A stretch of 64,000 bases of DNA from Vicugna vicugna. Taxonomy: Eukaryota. The DNA is taken from positions 3,893,967 to 3,957,966 of the forward strand of contig MU058636.1 of assembly GCA_013265495.1 (NCBI GenBank). Reading direction: 5' to 3'. The notes below the pieces were generated by a model. That model had not been told where the DNA came from and searched no databases. It worked only from the letters and a program-made list of their open reading frames with translations. The translations under genes were made by a program, and so were the position numbers. Shown here in pieces: positions 11,963 to 25,965 of the stretch (positions within the stretch are counted from its first letter, which is position 1; each line of letters opens with the position of its first letter).

Positions 11963-14255
11963 CACTAGAGGAATCCACAACATCAGAGATTCAGCCAAGG
12001 GTATGTACTGTGGATTTGGATGAGGAAATGGAGATTCAGAAAAGTTAGGTGATCTGCCTAAAAACCACAGTGCTGGGAGGGGGTGGGGACAGCACAGTTT
12101 GGACCCTTGGATACAAAACCAAACCTCTTCCTTCCCCAAAATGTGCTCTTTCCACTATGCTGTGCACCACCCATCCTGAAGCAGAGGAACTGGTAAGGGG
12201 CCCATGCTTGACTGCAGTTCTGGGAAAGAAAAACCACAGGTGACTGGAAAAGCTAATCTATCATAGAGCTTTCAAATTATACATGCGTCTATTGTTTAAA
12301 AGCTACATGCAAATACAGACTCAAAAGTAACTAATTTTGGTGGGTTGTCTTTCAGGAAGCATCCAGGGTGGCAGAGTTAGCCCACGCACACCTGCCACAG
12401 CAAGTAGCCATAGTGCAGGGAAACTTCCTCATCAGCCTGCCCACCAGGAAAGCTTAACCACACCAAATCTGCTCAGTACTTTGACAAAGTGAATCTGTCT
12501 CCAAACAGTAAGTTTCAGTCTCCCCGTAAAAGCATGACAAAATTGTTTTGTGCTATGATTACAAATAGTGAGACATTGATCTGCAGCAAATGCCACAGGC
12601 AAGATGCAAGTCTGGATATGAACTGATCAGTGGTTAACATTGAGAAAACACCTCAGAAGCTGCTGGGAACAGTGAGTCACCACTGATCCCGTTTGCTGAC
12701 TGTGAGGTTATTTTGTGGCTTTCAGAAGGTGACTCTCCATAGGCTACTTTTTGATGAGGAATCAAGGACAATAGAAATCAAGTGAGCACTGGGAACTTCT
12801 CCCCGGGAAAGCAAGTTAATTGTTGCTCAGACACTACTAATGTTCATAATGAACTACACTCAAGGTTCAATTTTCAGTTTGATTACTAAAATGACTGGAG
12901 AATTTTAGAAATAGTCATAAAGTGACAATCTAAGGAAAAATTACATACAAAGTTCAGTCCTTTATTAGAGCATTTATCCAACCTGGTCCACGTCCTAGGG
13001 ATTCTAGGTAATTACTAATCCATCACACAGCTGTGTGAGCCAATAGATATTAACATGTATTATAAAAGTCAGTGAGACAGTGGGTTTTTCCCACATCCAA
13101 AAATGCAGTTCTGAGGTCTACAGCAAACTCAGCTATAGCTAGTCAAGCCATGTTTTGAAATACTGCTTCATCTTTACAGAGGAAAAGTGATGCTACAGCA
13201 ATCTTTGAAACTTAAAGTCCAGATTGATACTTCCCCCGTTATCTGGTGCTATTTTGGGGCATAAGAAAAAAAGGTTTTTCCCCATCCATACTTTTTAAAA
13301 CTTTTTATGAGCTTCCTGGTTGTACACAGCACATTAACCTATCTTAATGTGTCAGTGGATAAATGTATACCGACTGAATGTGCATTAGTGTGCACGGAGA
13401 GAGCATAAGAAAAACCATAAAAACACTAAGAGATAGATTATATTAAAATCTAAGGCTTCAAAATGGTAAATGTTAAAAGAAATTACCAAGTGGGAAATGC
13501 TATCTCGCAAATGGTTAAGATCCTTGTAAGAACATCTTATACAAAAATCAATATTCTAACATTACAAATGAGAATGAATAAAATATCCCAATTCATGAAA
13601 TACAATTAGGTAAGTTAAAAATGTTTAAAACAAAGACACACTGCTCAGTGCAGAAGTGGAGTGTGGGCTTTCCAACTGGAGTAAACTTGAGGGCCCACAT
13701 TTGTTCCCAGCTGATACTTCCTGTGTGATTTTCTTAATTACTTAACCTTAACCATGTAGGTGGTTTTGAGGACGAAACTATATGAAGTACCTCGTACAGA
13801 GTAGCTCAACAGTGGTTGCTAGGTAAAAGATGAACCCCCTGAAGGAGGGAACCACTGCACCTTGGTGGGGACAATGGTTACTTGTGGTCCATGCTAAGTA
13901 TGCAGGCCTTCTCCCCACAGGACCCTCCACATCACTGCAGTTTTGTTCTGAGACAAGATTCATTGGGGCATCATTTAGAATAGCAAAAGCTTGGGAAACA
14001 CCGAAGCCCACCGATACTGGGACTGGTTAGATGCTGATGTTCAAATGTCTTTATAAGTTACATGTAACTTCACATTTTTAAAAAAAATTTAATGTAATAA
14101 ATGTTACTTTTCTATCAGGAGAAAGTTATTCTTAAAAGTGATAGCATATGTAAGAAACAGCAAAAAAGGAAAACTGGATTTTCAGTTTATCACTGTCCTA
14201 ATCCCGTTTTTAAATTAGTGACAAAATTGTTTAGAAATGACACCATAAGATGAAC

Positions 14256-14261
14256 TTTATT
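14256..14261 (-). terminator. HSPH1: HSPH1 poly(A) signal AATAAA (likely main site, ~0.7 kb 3'UTR)
   Basis: Plus-strand tttatt = AATAAA in gene sense, ~670 nt past the stop, followed by U/GU-rich sequence (caattttgtcactaattt). Confidence 0.7.
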
Positions 14262-14927
14262 TTAAAGCTCATAAAAGGCTTCACAACATCAGTTACAAAC
14301 AGAATCAATGTTTCTTCCATTTTACACCTTCACATGACAACATACCGAATAGCGAGAGAGAGATTTTAAAGGTTTGGTTCTGCATGCTGCTAACACATTT
14401 CACTAGCTTTTGTTTTTAGTCACTGGGTTTTTAATAATATCAAAGCAAAAAGTCATATTCTATTGGACAGAATTAATTTCAGAAAGCCCTTATGAAATCA
14501 GACTTAGTCTTGTTTATAAACACTCACACCCACACACATGCTGAAATGGAGAGCAAAATGCAAGAAAACTACCTTGGCAGAAACAAATGCTTGAAGACTT
14601 TAATCACAGCCCTCTTGAACAAGCGGTACAGTTTTTTTTTTCTCCAAAGACAAAAGTCAATTTCATCCTCAGTGATACAAATGGTAATACTGCACAGGAG
14701 CTTAGTATGAGTTCACAATTCCACAGGAATCTGAAAGTTACCAAGGCAATTTTCCCTTTTAGGATCATAAAGACTACAGACTTAAGCTTTTTCTTTTTCC
14801 ATATAATACACAAAGTTTCTAAACATCCTTAAAAAAGAAAATATAAATAGTCTCAGTATGTTATGTAGAATCACATACTATGGCAAAATATTTTATTAAT
14901 TTAAGGACTAAGCCAGGGTCGTGTCAT

Positions 14928-15134
14928 CTAGTCCAAGTCCATGTTAATGGAGCTCTTCTCGTTAGGGTAACATTCACCGTTCTGATGTGGAGGCTCAGCA
15001 CTGAAACTGTTTTTGCCTTCTAAGTCCTCTTCCTTTTTATCAGCACCTGGGCCATTTGGAGTTCTTTCCAGTTTGGGCGATTCAATTTTTGGTTTGGGTT
15101 GTGTTACGACAGGTTCACAAGTGTTATTCAACTC
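14928..15134 (-). CDS. HSPH1: HSPH1 exon 18 coding part (207 nt including TAG)
   Basis: catag|GAGTTG...; ELNNTCEPVVTQPKPKIESPKLERTPNG...SINMDLD*. The 18 exon lengths sum to 2580 nt = 859 aa + stop with all phases consistent. Confidence 0.98.
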   Translation of the reverse strand, partial: ELNNTCEPVVTQPKPKIESPKLERTPNGPGADKKEEDLEGKNSFSAEPPHQNGECYPNEKSSINMDLD

Positions 15135-16048
15135 CTATGAAAGGAAAACAAAACTAGTCATCAGATTAACGCTAGTTCATTTTCATTTCAATTAACTTTC
15201 CTACATACCCGGACCAGCATTGTTCCACCAACGCCAATTACACATACCTCAAAGAATTGCATTTGCTCATGACATTCGCCTGAAGCCTGATCAGAAGAGA
15301 AGTGAATACTATTCTACGGTGTGCCAGGGTCTCACTAAGTACTCACATATTGTACCCCATTTACTCCTCCCAGTAATTATTAAAAGGTAGGAATTATCAT
15401 CCCCACTATAGAATGAGAGGTTAAATAACTTAACCTCAGGATTAGAAAAATTAGTAGGCAAAGAGCTAGAATTCAAGCTTATATACAGCCCACTAACCTC
15501 AAAGGCTCATGTTAACCTTTACTGAGTATTTTTCCAGAGAAAGCAGTTCCTTGGTTTCCTTCCCAACTTCCTTCAAGCCTCATGCTCTCAGCGAGGCTTT
15601 CCCAGGTAAAACACCAGCCTGGGTCCCTCTCCATCGCCTCAAATTTCCTAAACCCCTTTGACTCTTAATTTTTACCCTTGGCACCTAACACAATCTGATA
15701 TTCTTCCTTACTCGTTTATCGTAAAGTCTTCCTCGCACTGGCAGATGACGTCCACGGGGGTGGGGACTTCCTCTGTACACTGGAAGTTTAACCCCCCAGA
15801 ACAACGGCTGGCATATGGTAGGGGCTCAACAAGTGTATTTGCTGAACTTAATGAATAAATGAAAAAACAGAAACTTAACAGAACCTTGTAAGGTCTTCTA
15901 TATTTTGTAATATCAATAATGAACTAAAACATGTGGTTCCAGGATGAGGTAAAAGATTTAAGGAAAAATGGCTATGTTTATAGTTCAAATGATTGCAACC
16001 GGAATCCCTAAGAAAACACAGCAGTAAACGCTAGAGGGAAACACGCAC

Positions 16049-16210
16049 CTTTATTTTTGCTCTGATTTCCTGAGCACGTACAATGGGGTCCTGGTCGAGA
16101 CTCTTTTTAGCCTGGGCGTTCATGGCATTATTCATCCATTCCATCACTTCATTTACAGACTTCTCAACCTTTTTCATTTCAGACTCATCAATATGGTTAT
16201 ATTTCTCATC
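16049..16210 (-). CDS. HSPH1: HSPH1 exon 17 (162 nt)
   Basis: ttcag|GATGAG...ATAAAG|gtgcgt; DEKYNHIDESEMKKVEKSVNEVMEWMNNAMNAQAKKSLDQDPIVRAQEIRAKIK. Confidence 0.97.
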
Positions 16211-16414
16211 CTGAATGGAAAAGGTCATTCTGTAGAATTAAGTATTTAACAGTAACACCTAATTTGACCCACTTTTCCGTAAATTCAAATCTATCTTTGG
16301 TCAAACGCCAAAACCCACCTTCTAAATTGAGAACACCTGTTCCCAATGAAGATCCCTCAACTTACACGTGAGCTTCTAACACCCAGGGAACCTCCTCACT
16401 GCGCACAGACTTAC

Positions 16415-16534
16415 ATTGCTCCTGAAGTCAGCTGCTATCTTGGCGTAGTGCTGCAGCCTCTGTCCCAGTTCTTCAAACATTTTTGGCCGCTCTTCAGCTT
16501 CTTGAAACCGGATTTTAATTGGAGTGCCAATTTT
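16415..16534 (-). CDS. HSPH1: HSPH1 exon 16 (120 nt)
   Basis: ttttag|AAAATT...AGCAAT|gtaagt; KIGTPIKIRFQEAEERPKMFEELGQRLQHYAKIAADFRSN. Confidence 0.97.
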
Positions 16535-16635
16535 CTAAAACCAAATGTAACGAATCAGTGTTTGTCATCACTGTATATTCAGAGTCTACAGTCTCAAGCA
16601 CAAGTTCTGCCTTCTAGGGGGCAAGCAGGGCCTAC

Positions 16636-16743
16636 CATTAATTCTTCCAACTTGTCCACATACGCTTGCTTAGCCTGGTCCTCTCCTTCTTCATAGAGCC
16701 AGTTCTCAGTCTCTGTGAGCAGTCTCAAAAAATTCTGATGATC
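16636..16743 (-). CDS. HSPH1: HSPH1 exon 15 (108 nt)
   Basis: tatag|GATCAT...TTAATG|gtagg; [36 protein letters not shown]. Confidence 0.97.
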
Positions 16744-17926
16744 CTATATATGAAACGTGAGATCAACATTTAGCGGCAATCATACTTAAAAACTTTTCAC
16801 AACAAAACAGTCATCTTCAGAAGTGTTAATCATCCAGATAGCTAATCTTACCTCTGCGAAGGCACTTAGCTGGCTGTCTTCACTGAACAGTATCAGGGAG
16901 CAATAAACACTCTGCCATTAGCTCCATACAGTTACTTTACACGAGGGGTTGACAACTGTCCTTTGGCTATCCTTTTACACAGGGACGTTTGAGAATTTTT
17001 GGTAAACTGCTCTTATTGACTTTAAATAATTTTTCTTAGAAGTCCAACTTTGGACAATTTATACACTAAAATGTGACTATGTAAGAGCAATCATCTTCCT
17101 ACTCTCCAAAAGAAATTAGGTCTCGATTAGTCACTTTCTATTCACTTCCACAACTATCAAATACTGAGAGGGAAACTGGACAAGTTGACAATTCAACCAC
17201 TGAACACATAAGTCACCTCCAACCAACTTACATAAAGCATGTATTTCTACTCTGGCTTTAGGAGGTCTAGCTGGTTTGGGCCATCTCTGCTTCAGAATCC
17301 CAACCATGAGAAATCCAGGAAATGTTAGGGCGGAGCCAAGAATGAAGTGTCTTACAAGGCAGCCCAAGGATCTTGGGATGAAAATAGACTCCAGACTTCA
17401 TCCTGAAACCACCCTAGATTTCTATCTAGTGAATTTTTCTCCAAGGCCCATTTGTCACAGTTGTGCTTCTTGGATTTACTTAGAACCGTACGGCTTCTGG
17501 GAGCTCAGAGTCTAAGAGGAATACTGGTGCCTGATAAACTCTGGCATCACTGGATCAACAAGTCTTATGGGATAAAACAATGACAGACAGCAACCAAAGG
17601 ACCAGAGTCATCAAAAAAAGTCTGAGGTCTTTGAAAGCAAGAATTTTCTCTCATTTATCTTTCTAGCCCCCAATAACTATGATGTCACAGACTATGAACA
17701 AATGTGTTGACAGGTTCTTTCTTTGATGGTAAAAACTAAAGCCATGGGGATAAACTAGAATAAAACTACACATCAGTAATGAGCCTCTCTCCATGATTTT
17801 GTTTGTATCATCTCTACTTCAAATTGTTTTGTTTTCAAAAAGCTCAAGTTAGCTTAAATGTCAAATTTGATACTAAACACTTCATAATATGAGATTACCT
17901 GAATAAAAACAGAGCTCTAAACATAC

Positions 17927-18052
17927 CTGCTCACATATAAATTTTTCGTATGGTCCACACAGCTTGTCCCTGAACTCATACACATATTCCTCCACTGCGT
18001 TTTTAGCATCATTTCTTTCCTTTTCCAGTTTATCCTGCATTATCATCTTACC
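17927..18052 (-). CDS. HSPH1: HSPH1 exon 14 (126 nt)
   Basis: tgacag|GGTAAG...GAGCAG|gtatgt; [42 protein letters not shown]. Confidence 0.97.
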
Positions 18053-18954
18053 CTGTCAGGAAGCAGAAAAGGTTAATTCCAGTCTTAACTATAACTAAAT
18101 TTTAACTAGATTCTGGTGTTAATAAAAATCAATAATTATACCCCCAAAAAGCCTTAATAGTCCTAATATATACCTCATAAAATTCTCCAATAATTCCTAC
18201 AAAGTTCTTCATTTCCTAAATACACAGGATGAGGTTTCTTTTTTAAACATTAATAAAGTTACATAGCTTTCACATTTCTGATTTAATACTAAGGGAAAAA
18301 ACCAATCTACTTTCATATAGTTTTGTTTTCTTCTCTGTAGTTACACGGTCGTCTCCTAATGGGATCAGTACTGACCCACATATAATGGCCGTAACACTTT
18401 GCTACCACATTTTTAAACCAAAGCTAAACAAATGTCCTTAGAGTCCATTTATTTATCAAATATAATATAAACGGAGTATAATTTATTATTAAATTTCTAA
18501 ACACAATGTTCCCATCTCAGTAAAGGAAAATGGAATCTCAATTATTTCAAACATTCTGGACTACAAAGCAGCACGATGTACGTATTTTAACTGAAACATT
18601 TAGTGTGGCCTGAGATATCCACTGCGTTGTGTTCCTCCAATCTAGAAGACAGCAGCATCTAACTTCTTCACATTAGAACTTGGGCAATCAAGTTTACACC
18701 AAGCAGAGAGATCTATGGTACAGCTCTCTTTAACAAGAATACAAAAACATAAACAAAACTTGTTTAAAAAAATTAAACTGAAAATACAATTTTACAATTT
18801 TTCTAATTTTACTATTAGTTTTGGCTTCATCCTATCTCTAAAAATTGTATAAAACTTGAGGTACGGGAAAGAATTATAGCCACTTATCTATTATGTGGGT
18901 AACAGGGATAACTAAAGATATTCCAAAATAAAAATATTTAATTGAATTACTTAC

Positions 18955-19092
18955 CTCTGTTTCTATATACATGTTAAGAAGGTCTTTCCCTAACTGCCAG
19001 ACTAAGTTGGCTTCAATAGGTAGCTCAACATTCACCACCTTTATTTTGGGTTTTTTAGCTTCTGGAGGCTGGTCAACTTTTTTTTCATTAGC
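18955..19092 (-). CDS. HSPH1: HSPH1 exon 13 (138 nt)
   Basis: ttcccaag|GCTAAT...ACAGAG|gtaagt; ANEKKVDQPPEAKKPKIKVVNVELPIEANLVWQLGKDLLNMYIETE. Confidence 0.97.
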
Positions 19093-21635
19093 CTTGGGAA
19101 AGGGGTAAAAAAAAAGAAAAAGGGAAAAATTCTTAAATAATCCTTGAAAAACAAAAATATCTCCCTATCATACTTACTGATGACTTAAGCAAAAATAAAA
19201 TTCCTAAAATCACAAATTTGGAAGAATGTGTAAGATCATCTAATTTCCACCTGCCCATTTTAAATGAGGGCTGCAATGACACTTAGACATGCCACACTTC
19301 CCTTCAGGAATTCACCAGGATATTCTTCTTTTCATATTAAATGTAATCTTTCCTGCTAAAGCTCTTCTTCACAGCTCTTTACTTTCTAATCCCTTTAGGC
19401 AATGTTTGTGACTCCAAAAAATAAAAAATACTATCAAATTACCACACCTTTAAATTATAACCTACAATCTAATAGTAACCCCAGACAGAATTTAACCAAC
19501 TGCTAAACATGTTAGGATCAACTCTATTCCTATAATATCTGAGTCCCTATATATCCCAGTATTAAACCTGCTTTAATTACAATTTGCACTTCTCTGATGA
19601 GTGCCTTTTAGACCTTCCTGAATGTGGACATTAGACACATACACATATATATGTATGTGTGTATCTGTATCTATTATGTCTCTCTGTATCTTGATTCCTA
19701 CTACCTGCCTTTGAGCCGTATCACTTCTTATAAGCAACTCTAAGGCAAAAAAGAGATAAAGCAGCAAATGCTGCTTAAGTTTTTCAAAATATGTAAATAC
19801 AGGGCTAAAGAAGTAAGTATCTCCTATGGCCTTTGATTTTTCCAAGCCTCTTACAGTATTTTCGTTTCTGCAGGTTCCTATAAGCACAAATGACAAAGAA
19901 CACAATTTAGGAAACTCAGTCGTAGAACAGATTAGAAGACAACCAAGGGGCACTCAACAGGTACCCTGCCTGGCTGAGATGGTAAAACAGGAACAGATGA
20001 CCCGTGAGGCACAGCAAGCGCTGACACTGGGGATGGGTGGGGGGGGGGCTATAAAGAATGTTAGAATTCCAGGCACTCTGTAAGATGAAATGGGACTCGA
20101 AAGAGGCTCAGTGGCTTGCCTAAAGTCACAAAGACAGAAACTGAACTAGAAAGCACGTTGCCCAGGCTTCTGTTTCAGTGATCCTTAGGAACCACGTCTC
20201 TGAAGAGCTGTGAGCTGTATCACTAGCAATAATCTGGTCAGTCAGCCTGCAGTCCCCATGTCTTCTTCCCTCTAGTGCATAAGAGAAACCTCCAACATAT
20301 TATGCATGCTCTGGGGGCACGAAACAAGAAAGAAAATGAATCAGATGACACCTACACCCAGCAAAACACAGAACACAACAGGTATCTGGGGAACAAGTGG
20401 ATGACAGTTACACGTATGGAGGTTAAGTCAGGATACGACCATCCAGCAACATTAAGCCAACTACTGACAAAACCAGTGTATCACAAAATAGCACTCCACA
20501 TGGCACGGACGAGGACCCTCCAAGGGCGTCTGTGATGATATTCCAAGGAGTTCAGCACCAGTGGTCCCACCTACAACTAAGAACATGAGCTGCTACCCGA
20601 TGTCACGCTGTAGACAGGTGCTGAGCCCACCAGCATGAATCAGCTCACACTCAACACTCAGTGAAGAGAGGTGACACTGAAATTAAGGAGCTGCTATTGC
20701 AAAGAAAGCAATGCTGCTATACCATCAACACATCATCTTTAACAGGAGGAAAAGGAGGCTTTCAGAAACCAGAATCAGGACCTGCAGCTCATGGTAGAAC
20801 CCCCACAGGATCAACCGGGAGGTGGGGAGATTAAAAACAAAAGCCTTTCACCAAGTGTAAAGTGTATTTTGATCCCAATGGACAACTCTGTAATTCTCTG
20901 AGGGTAAACAATTCTATCTTCAGAACATGACAGAACACCAAACTACTGATGAAAGTTAATCATTTATATGCAACCTGCACAAAGAATGAAGTTCTGCAAA
21001 ACACAGATCTGGAATAACAATGGAAACTTCCCAATCAATATCCATGTGACCATGAATTGTTTAGGTTTGACTAGAAGTTGTCATTTTTCAAGGCACATGA
21101 CACAACTATTTAATTTAGCTTCCGATACATACTATGGAATAAGAAAAAAAGAATAATTACTTTGAAATGCAATCTGGTTATTATCAGATCATCATAATTA
21201 ATTTATTTAAATTTGACAGGTGATTTGAGAGGAGAAAAAAGTTTACAGACTCCTATAGCCCATGTATTTATCAGACGAATTCAGGTGAAAACTAATCACA
21301 CAGCACTGCGCTGTGCCTACTTCGATGTTCGCATTTGCAGACACCCCCAGCACTAGAGAAAACACAAAAGCTATGCATTCGCCGCTAGCTGCCTGGAGCG
21401 CAGTTAATCAAGAGAAGCTTCCAGGTCTAAAGAGCAGGATATTCAATTCTCTCAGTTGAGCTGGAATACCTCTAACTGGTTTTAGTTGAAAAACACAGAA
21501 ATTCAACAGGAAAAAAAAATTCTACACAGGATAAGACAACCTGGTGCTTGCTCTTGAAACTGCAGATTGAACGGCACCATTAATGATCACATGTTGCAAC
21601 ATTGTGTAATGGAATGAACTGGAAGAGTAACTCAC

Positions 21636-21767
21636 TTTGTCAGCATCTGGGTTTTTGTTTTCTTCTGAGGTAAGTTCAGGTGAAGGGGGAGACTGTGAGG
21701 TTTGATGGCCATCGGTTTGTACCTGGGGCTGTGTTCCAGCTTCAGTGCTGTCTTGCTGGATATTTTT
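21636..21767 (-). CDS. HSPH1: HSPH1 exon 12 (132 nt, symmetric phase 0; the 44-aa exon absent from HSP105beta)
   Basis: tttcag|AAAAAT...GACAAA|gtgagt; KNIQQDSTEAGTQPQVQTDGHQTSQSPPSPELTSEENKNPDADK. Confidence 0.96.
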
Positions 21768-23365
21768 CTGAAACGAAAGCCCAGGCACAAAGGATGTAGA
21801 CAGCAGGTGTACTCGTATACGCTTAAAAGGTTACAGGGCACCACAGACAGTACACTCAGTTTTTGAAATCTTAATAGGCGGGGGGGAAAGATACTGGATA
21901 AAAGCAAAATGAACACAAAATATTTGAAAACATCTTAGATATTTTACACCTGTAAGAAATTCTTTGAATGGTAGCAGTTAACACAGTTAAACACCATCAG
22001 TAGTAGGCATTCTGACTGATGTGATGACAACCAAGAACTCCCCTCCAAGACAATTTCATCTAGCCCAGTACAAGGATTAACTCTCAAAAGCACAGGAAAT
22101 ACCTTTACTCCAGGCCTCTATCCCAGAAACAAGCTCCCAAAACCTAATCTCACAGCGGCCATGATGCATCTCGACAAATCTCCATTTCAAGAAACTGAAC
22201 AGTTACATAAACTAACCAACGACCAGTCATCTGGGGGTTCATCATCTCAGTTTACAGAGAACCAAGACCCTCTCTGTCCCCGCTCTTTGCGACCCAGCTA
22301 TTTACACTGAAAAGGCCCCAGTACAAAGAACACCTGCCCCGTGTCAGGAGACACTGCAGCCCCCAGGCCATCAGTGCTCTCTGTGTCTTTCCCCATCTTT
22401 GGGCGAAGCTGGAAACACTGGAATTTAACTACCTTCTGCCCACCCTGAAGTCTCTCACACTTTTCTCTCCAGGCTTCAAGTTCCTAAGGCAGACACTGAA
22501 GTAGTCAGTAGCAACACACTCCTGATGTACATACACCCAAAAGGTACCAAGAGATTAGAAAAATGGTGTCTGCAGCCAAATGAGAAAGTTAATAGCGCTG
22601 GTCATTTCACTCTTTACACTGAAGTCTTTCCAGATGAGAACAAAACTAAAGCTCAGGCGCTAATGCTCCTTAAATATCCCAGGAATGGTAACAGTGACAA
22701 CAGAGTTCTCTGACACGGAGTGCCGCGCCCTCTCACATCTGATCTGAAACACACACTGCCTGCTGCCTCATCGTAACCCAGGCGTGATCTATAATAACTA
22801 ATCTACTTTAAAGTTTCTTAAAAGTCTTCTGCTGACCATAGCAAACTAGCACTCATGCTAACAGAGGTCTGAACAGCCATGAACAAGTGCGACCTCCTAG
22901 ATTCTAGGCAGACACCTCCCTTCCCCTCCTACAACCCAGCGAACCACAGAAATCAAAGCGAGTTCTGAAATACCAAAGCCAGTTTTGCCAGTTTTTTTTA
23001 AATGCTTTAATATTTTGTATATATTTCACCGAACAGTTTTTGTTTTAGTCTTTTCTCTTAATCATCAGTCAGCATTTGACTTCTCAATATGTGGCCTATG
23101 TCTTTAAAAAAATAATTCAGAGAAACTTTACCCACTCATTAAATTGTCATATGCCAATTCAAATAAAGCTACACAGAATTTAGTCACAATTCACCAAACT
23201 CCAGGCTGTACGTTACCATCAACTTAGCAACTACTATTGTCATCATTACCCAGAATTTTAATTGAAATTAAGAAAAATAGATTTTAACCCCTCCCCTCCT
23301 GTTTATTAAGGCTTAGAATTAAGTAAACCATATATTCTAACTCAAAGGCTTACCCACAAACTTAC

Positions 23366-23574
23366 CTCAGCGTCCGGGTTCTCCTGTGGCCTCTGATTCT
23401 GACACTCCATGTCTGCTTCGACAGAAGATGCTTCGTTCTCCTCGGTTGGAACTTTCTCCACCATGGATGCCGTAGAGATGGTGAAAATGCCGTGGGTGTT
23501 GACTCGCACTTTGACTTTCACTCTAGATTTTTCTCCATCTTTCTGTGCAGAAACATTCTGAACTATGAAGCGGC
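23366..23574 (-). CDS. HSPH1: HSPH1 exon 11 (209 nt)
   Basis: cctag|GCCGCTTC...GCTGAG|gtaag; (G)RFIVQNVSAQKDGEKSRVKVKVRVNTHGIFTISTASMVEKVPTEENEASSVEADMECQNQRPQENPDAE. Confidence 0.97.
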
Positions 23575-25492
23575 CTAGGACAAAAAGAAATGGACTGAAT
23601 TTTAGTATTGAATCTAAATCTCTATCAAGAAGACAAAAGTTAACATTGCTATTTCAAACTCTCCGCATTTTCTCTACCTCTTGAAATTACATTTAAGCCC
23701 TTTAATGTATACTATAACCATAACCTTTTAAAACAGGCTTACAGGTACACAGTATACTTACAATAGTTGAAATTAGTTTTAATACGCCATAAAACCTTCA
23801 AAGGCAAGGGCACTTTTGTTACTTTCTACTTAATACATCCGATACAAACCCCGTAAGACGGAGGACAAGCCGTCCCTGCCTCTTCCTTCCCCATTTCTCC
23901 AGGTGAGCACAACCCAGACATGCAAGCCTTACGTATAAGGCAGATGATATCAAGCCCTTGCTGAATTTTGATTCTTTCAGGGAATACTGTTTTGTTGATT
24001 GAATAAACATATTCCTATGTTTCAAATAGGCAAGGTGAGCTAAAACCTGTATCAAAGCCTGAAATTATCATGCATTTTAGAGAAGTTCCAGAACATTACT
24101 GAGTAGGAGTTAGGAGTGGTAACTCTGACCCAGACTACCTGGGCCTGAAACTCGGCTGTGTGATGTGCTGCAAGTTACTTCAGCTATGCTTCTGTGGTCT
24201 GAGTTGGTAAGTCTTTATTTACAGTGAGCACTTAAAACTCTGGAACCAAGCACTGAATGTCAGTTATCACCTCCACCAACAGTACTGTTACTACAGAAAC
24301 CACTAAACAAAATTAAGTATTTTGAACCTATTACGCACAAAGCACAACGTGAGATTTAGTGGCCTTGTATTTAAAGTGCTGTCCACACAAACACACACAG
24401 TTATATTTACGAGGTCAGTGAAAGATGTTGGAATAGACCTTCATTAAGTATCAAATCACCAGGTTCAGGAAATAATTGCCATAGATCCATTTAAAGAAAC
24501 AAACTGACACAACATGGAAGAGAGAGAGAAAGGGAGGGAGGAAGAGCATTTACTGAAGGGCATCCAGGAAGACTCACAGAAGAGACAGAAACATGTAAGA
24601 TGGCTTTTACATGTATGTGCAAGCTTTTCAGTTTTAGTGATGATATTAAAGACTTGATGCCACACTGAAGAGCTTAGATACCATCCTCTGCACAACGGGG
24701 AATAGAATCCAGCCTGTTAAAATTTAAGCCTATATTCAGTGATTCCTTAAACTAATTGTCTATCAATAAATTCTTAAAAACTGTTTTTAAAAATAAAACA
24801 CTCTTGTGTCAGAACATTTTTAGTTTTAAATAGTATGAAAGCAAACACAACTGGCCAGGTTAGACTCCTTCAAACAATTTCATTATGAAAAGGTATGGGG
24901 CAAAGACGAGTCCTGACAAGATCTAGCATTACTGGCAAATTTTACCCCCAACCTGGGAAAGAGGCAAGGCTATTCAAGAAGATGCCTGTAGCTCTCCCAC
25001 AGATTTGCAGTCATTATGGGTCAAACTAGGTGGACAGTGTCAGGCTTCTTAAAGAAAAATGTACCAAAAAAGATATATTTTTAAAAAAGATTATAATACA
25101 AGGGTATATTTGAGAAGTAGTTTTAATGGTCTCTGAGCCAGACTTTAAATTGGAAGTAACACTCTGCAAATAACATTTCATCCAGAGGAAAGGTTAACAT
25201 TAAAAGTAGGTGGTAATCCTTTAAGTATAGACTTATTAGAAAAAGAAAAACACCCAACTGCTCCTAAATATACACATTTGGAAGTAACAGCAGCACTGGA
25301 AGTCATTTCCCCCTACAGGCCAGTTTATTCACCAATAAAACAAAGAGCTTTCCCCATCACCATTATCCCAAACTGAAAATGTCTTCACATGGCATTACGG
25401 TCCACTCAACACTGCTAAGAGTAAGAAAAGTGTTTAAGCCTGTACACTAAGTAAATTACATCTTTAAAGGATAAATACAATTAACTGCTTAC

Positions 25493-25626
25493 CTATTTTT
25501 GCTTCTGGATACGGAACTCCTTGAGGATCAGAATAGAAAGCTTCTAGCTCAAAAGGCCCGCTTCTCAGGAAGGTGAGAACTTTGGAGAAAGGAGCAGCGT
25601 GGTTCCTGCTGAAGACCTCGTGGACG
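25493..25626 (-). CDS. HSPH1: HSPH1 exon 10 (134 nt)
   Basis: cctag|CGTCCAC...AAAATAG|gtaagc; [44 protein letters not shown]. Confidence 0.97.
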
Positions 25627-25858
25627 CTAGGCGAGGGGAAAGGCATCGTCAGAAGCTCAGAGTCCACACTCACGGTGCTGCACAAGCAGAACAGAGTCCA
25701 GGACCTGTGTCCGCCTTGTCCCACCACTTACCACCCCAAATGGGAGAAATATTTGGTATGTTTGGTTGTTCAAAGGTCCCAATCACTCTACCATAAAAGC
25801 CATTTGTTAATGTTTCTTTATATTACACAATATCTGAAAGATATTTTCTCCTACATAC

Positions 25859-25965
25859 CCCTCAGCATCTTCTGAATCGTGGTTCCAGACCAGAGATATT
25901 GGAAAAGGAACTGCATCGGTGACGGAAAATTCTCTAACTTTAAATGCCGGAGAAAGGATTGCACA
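25859..25965 (-). CDS. HSPH1: HSPH1 exon 9 (107 nt)
   Basis: T11-gaag|TGTGCA...GAGGG|gtatgt; [35 protein letters not shown](G). Confidence 0.97.

Noticed and set aside
20525..20700. C-box-like GTGATGA in HSPH1 intron 12 (snoRNA?)
   Set aside because: It is on the strand opposite the host gene and has no convincing terminal stem or D-box partner.
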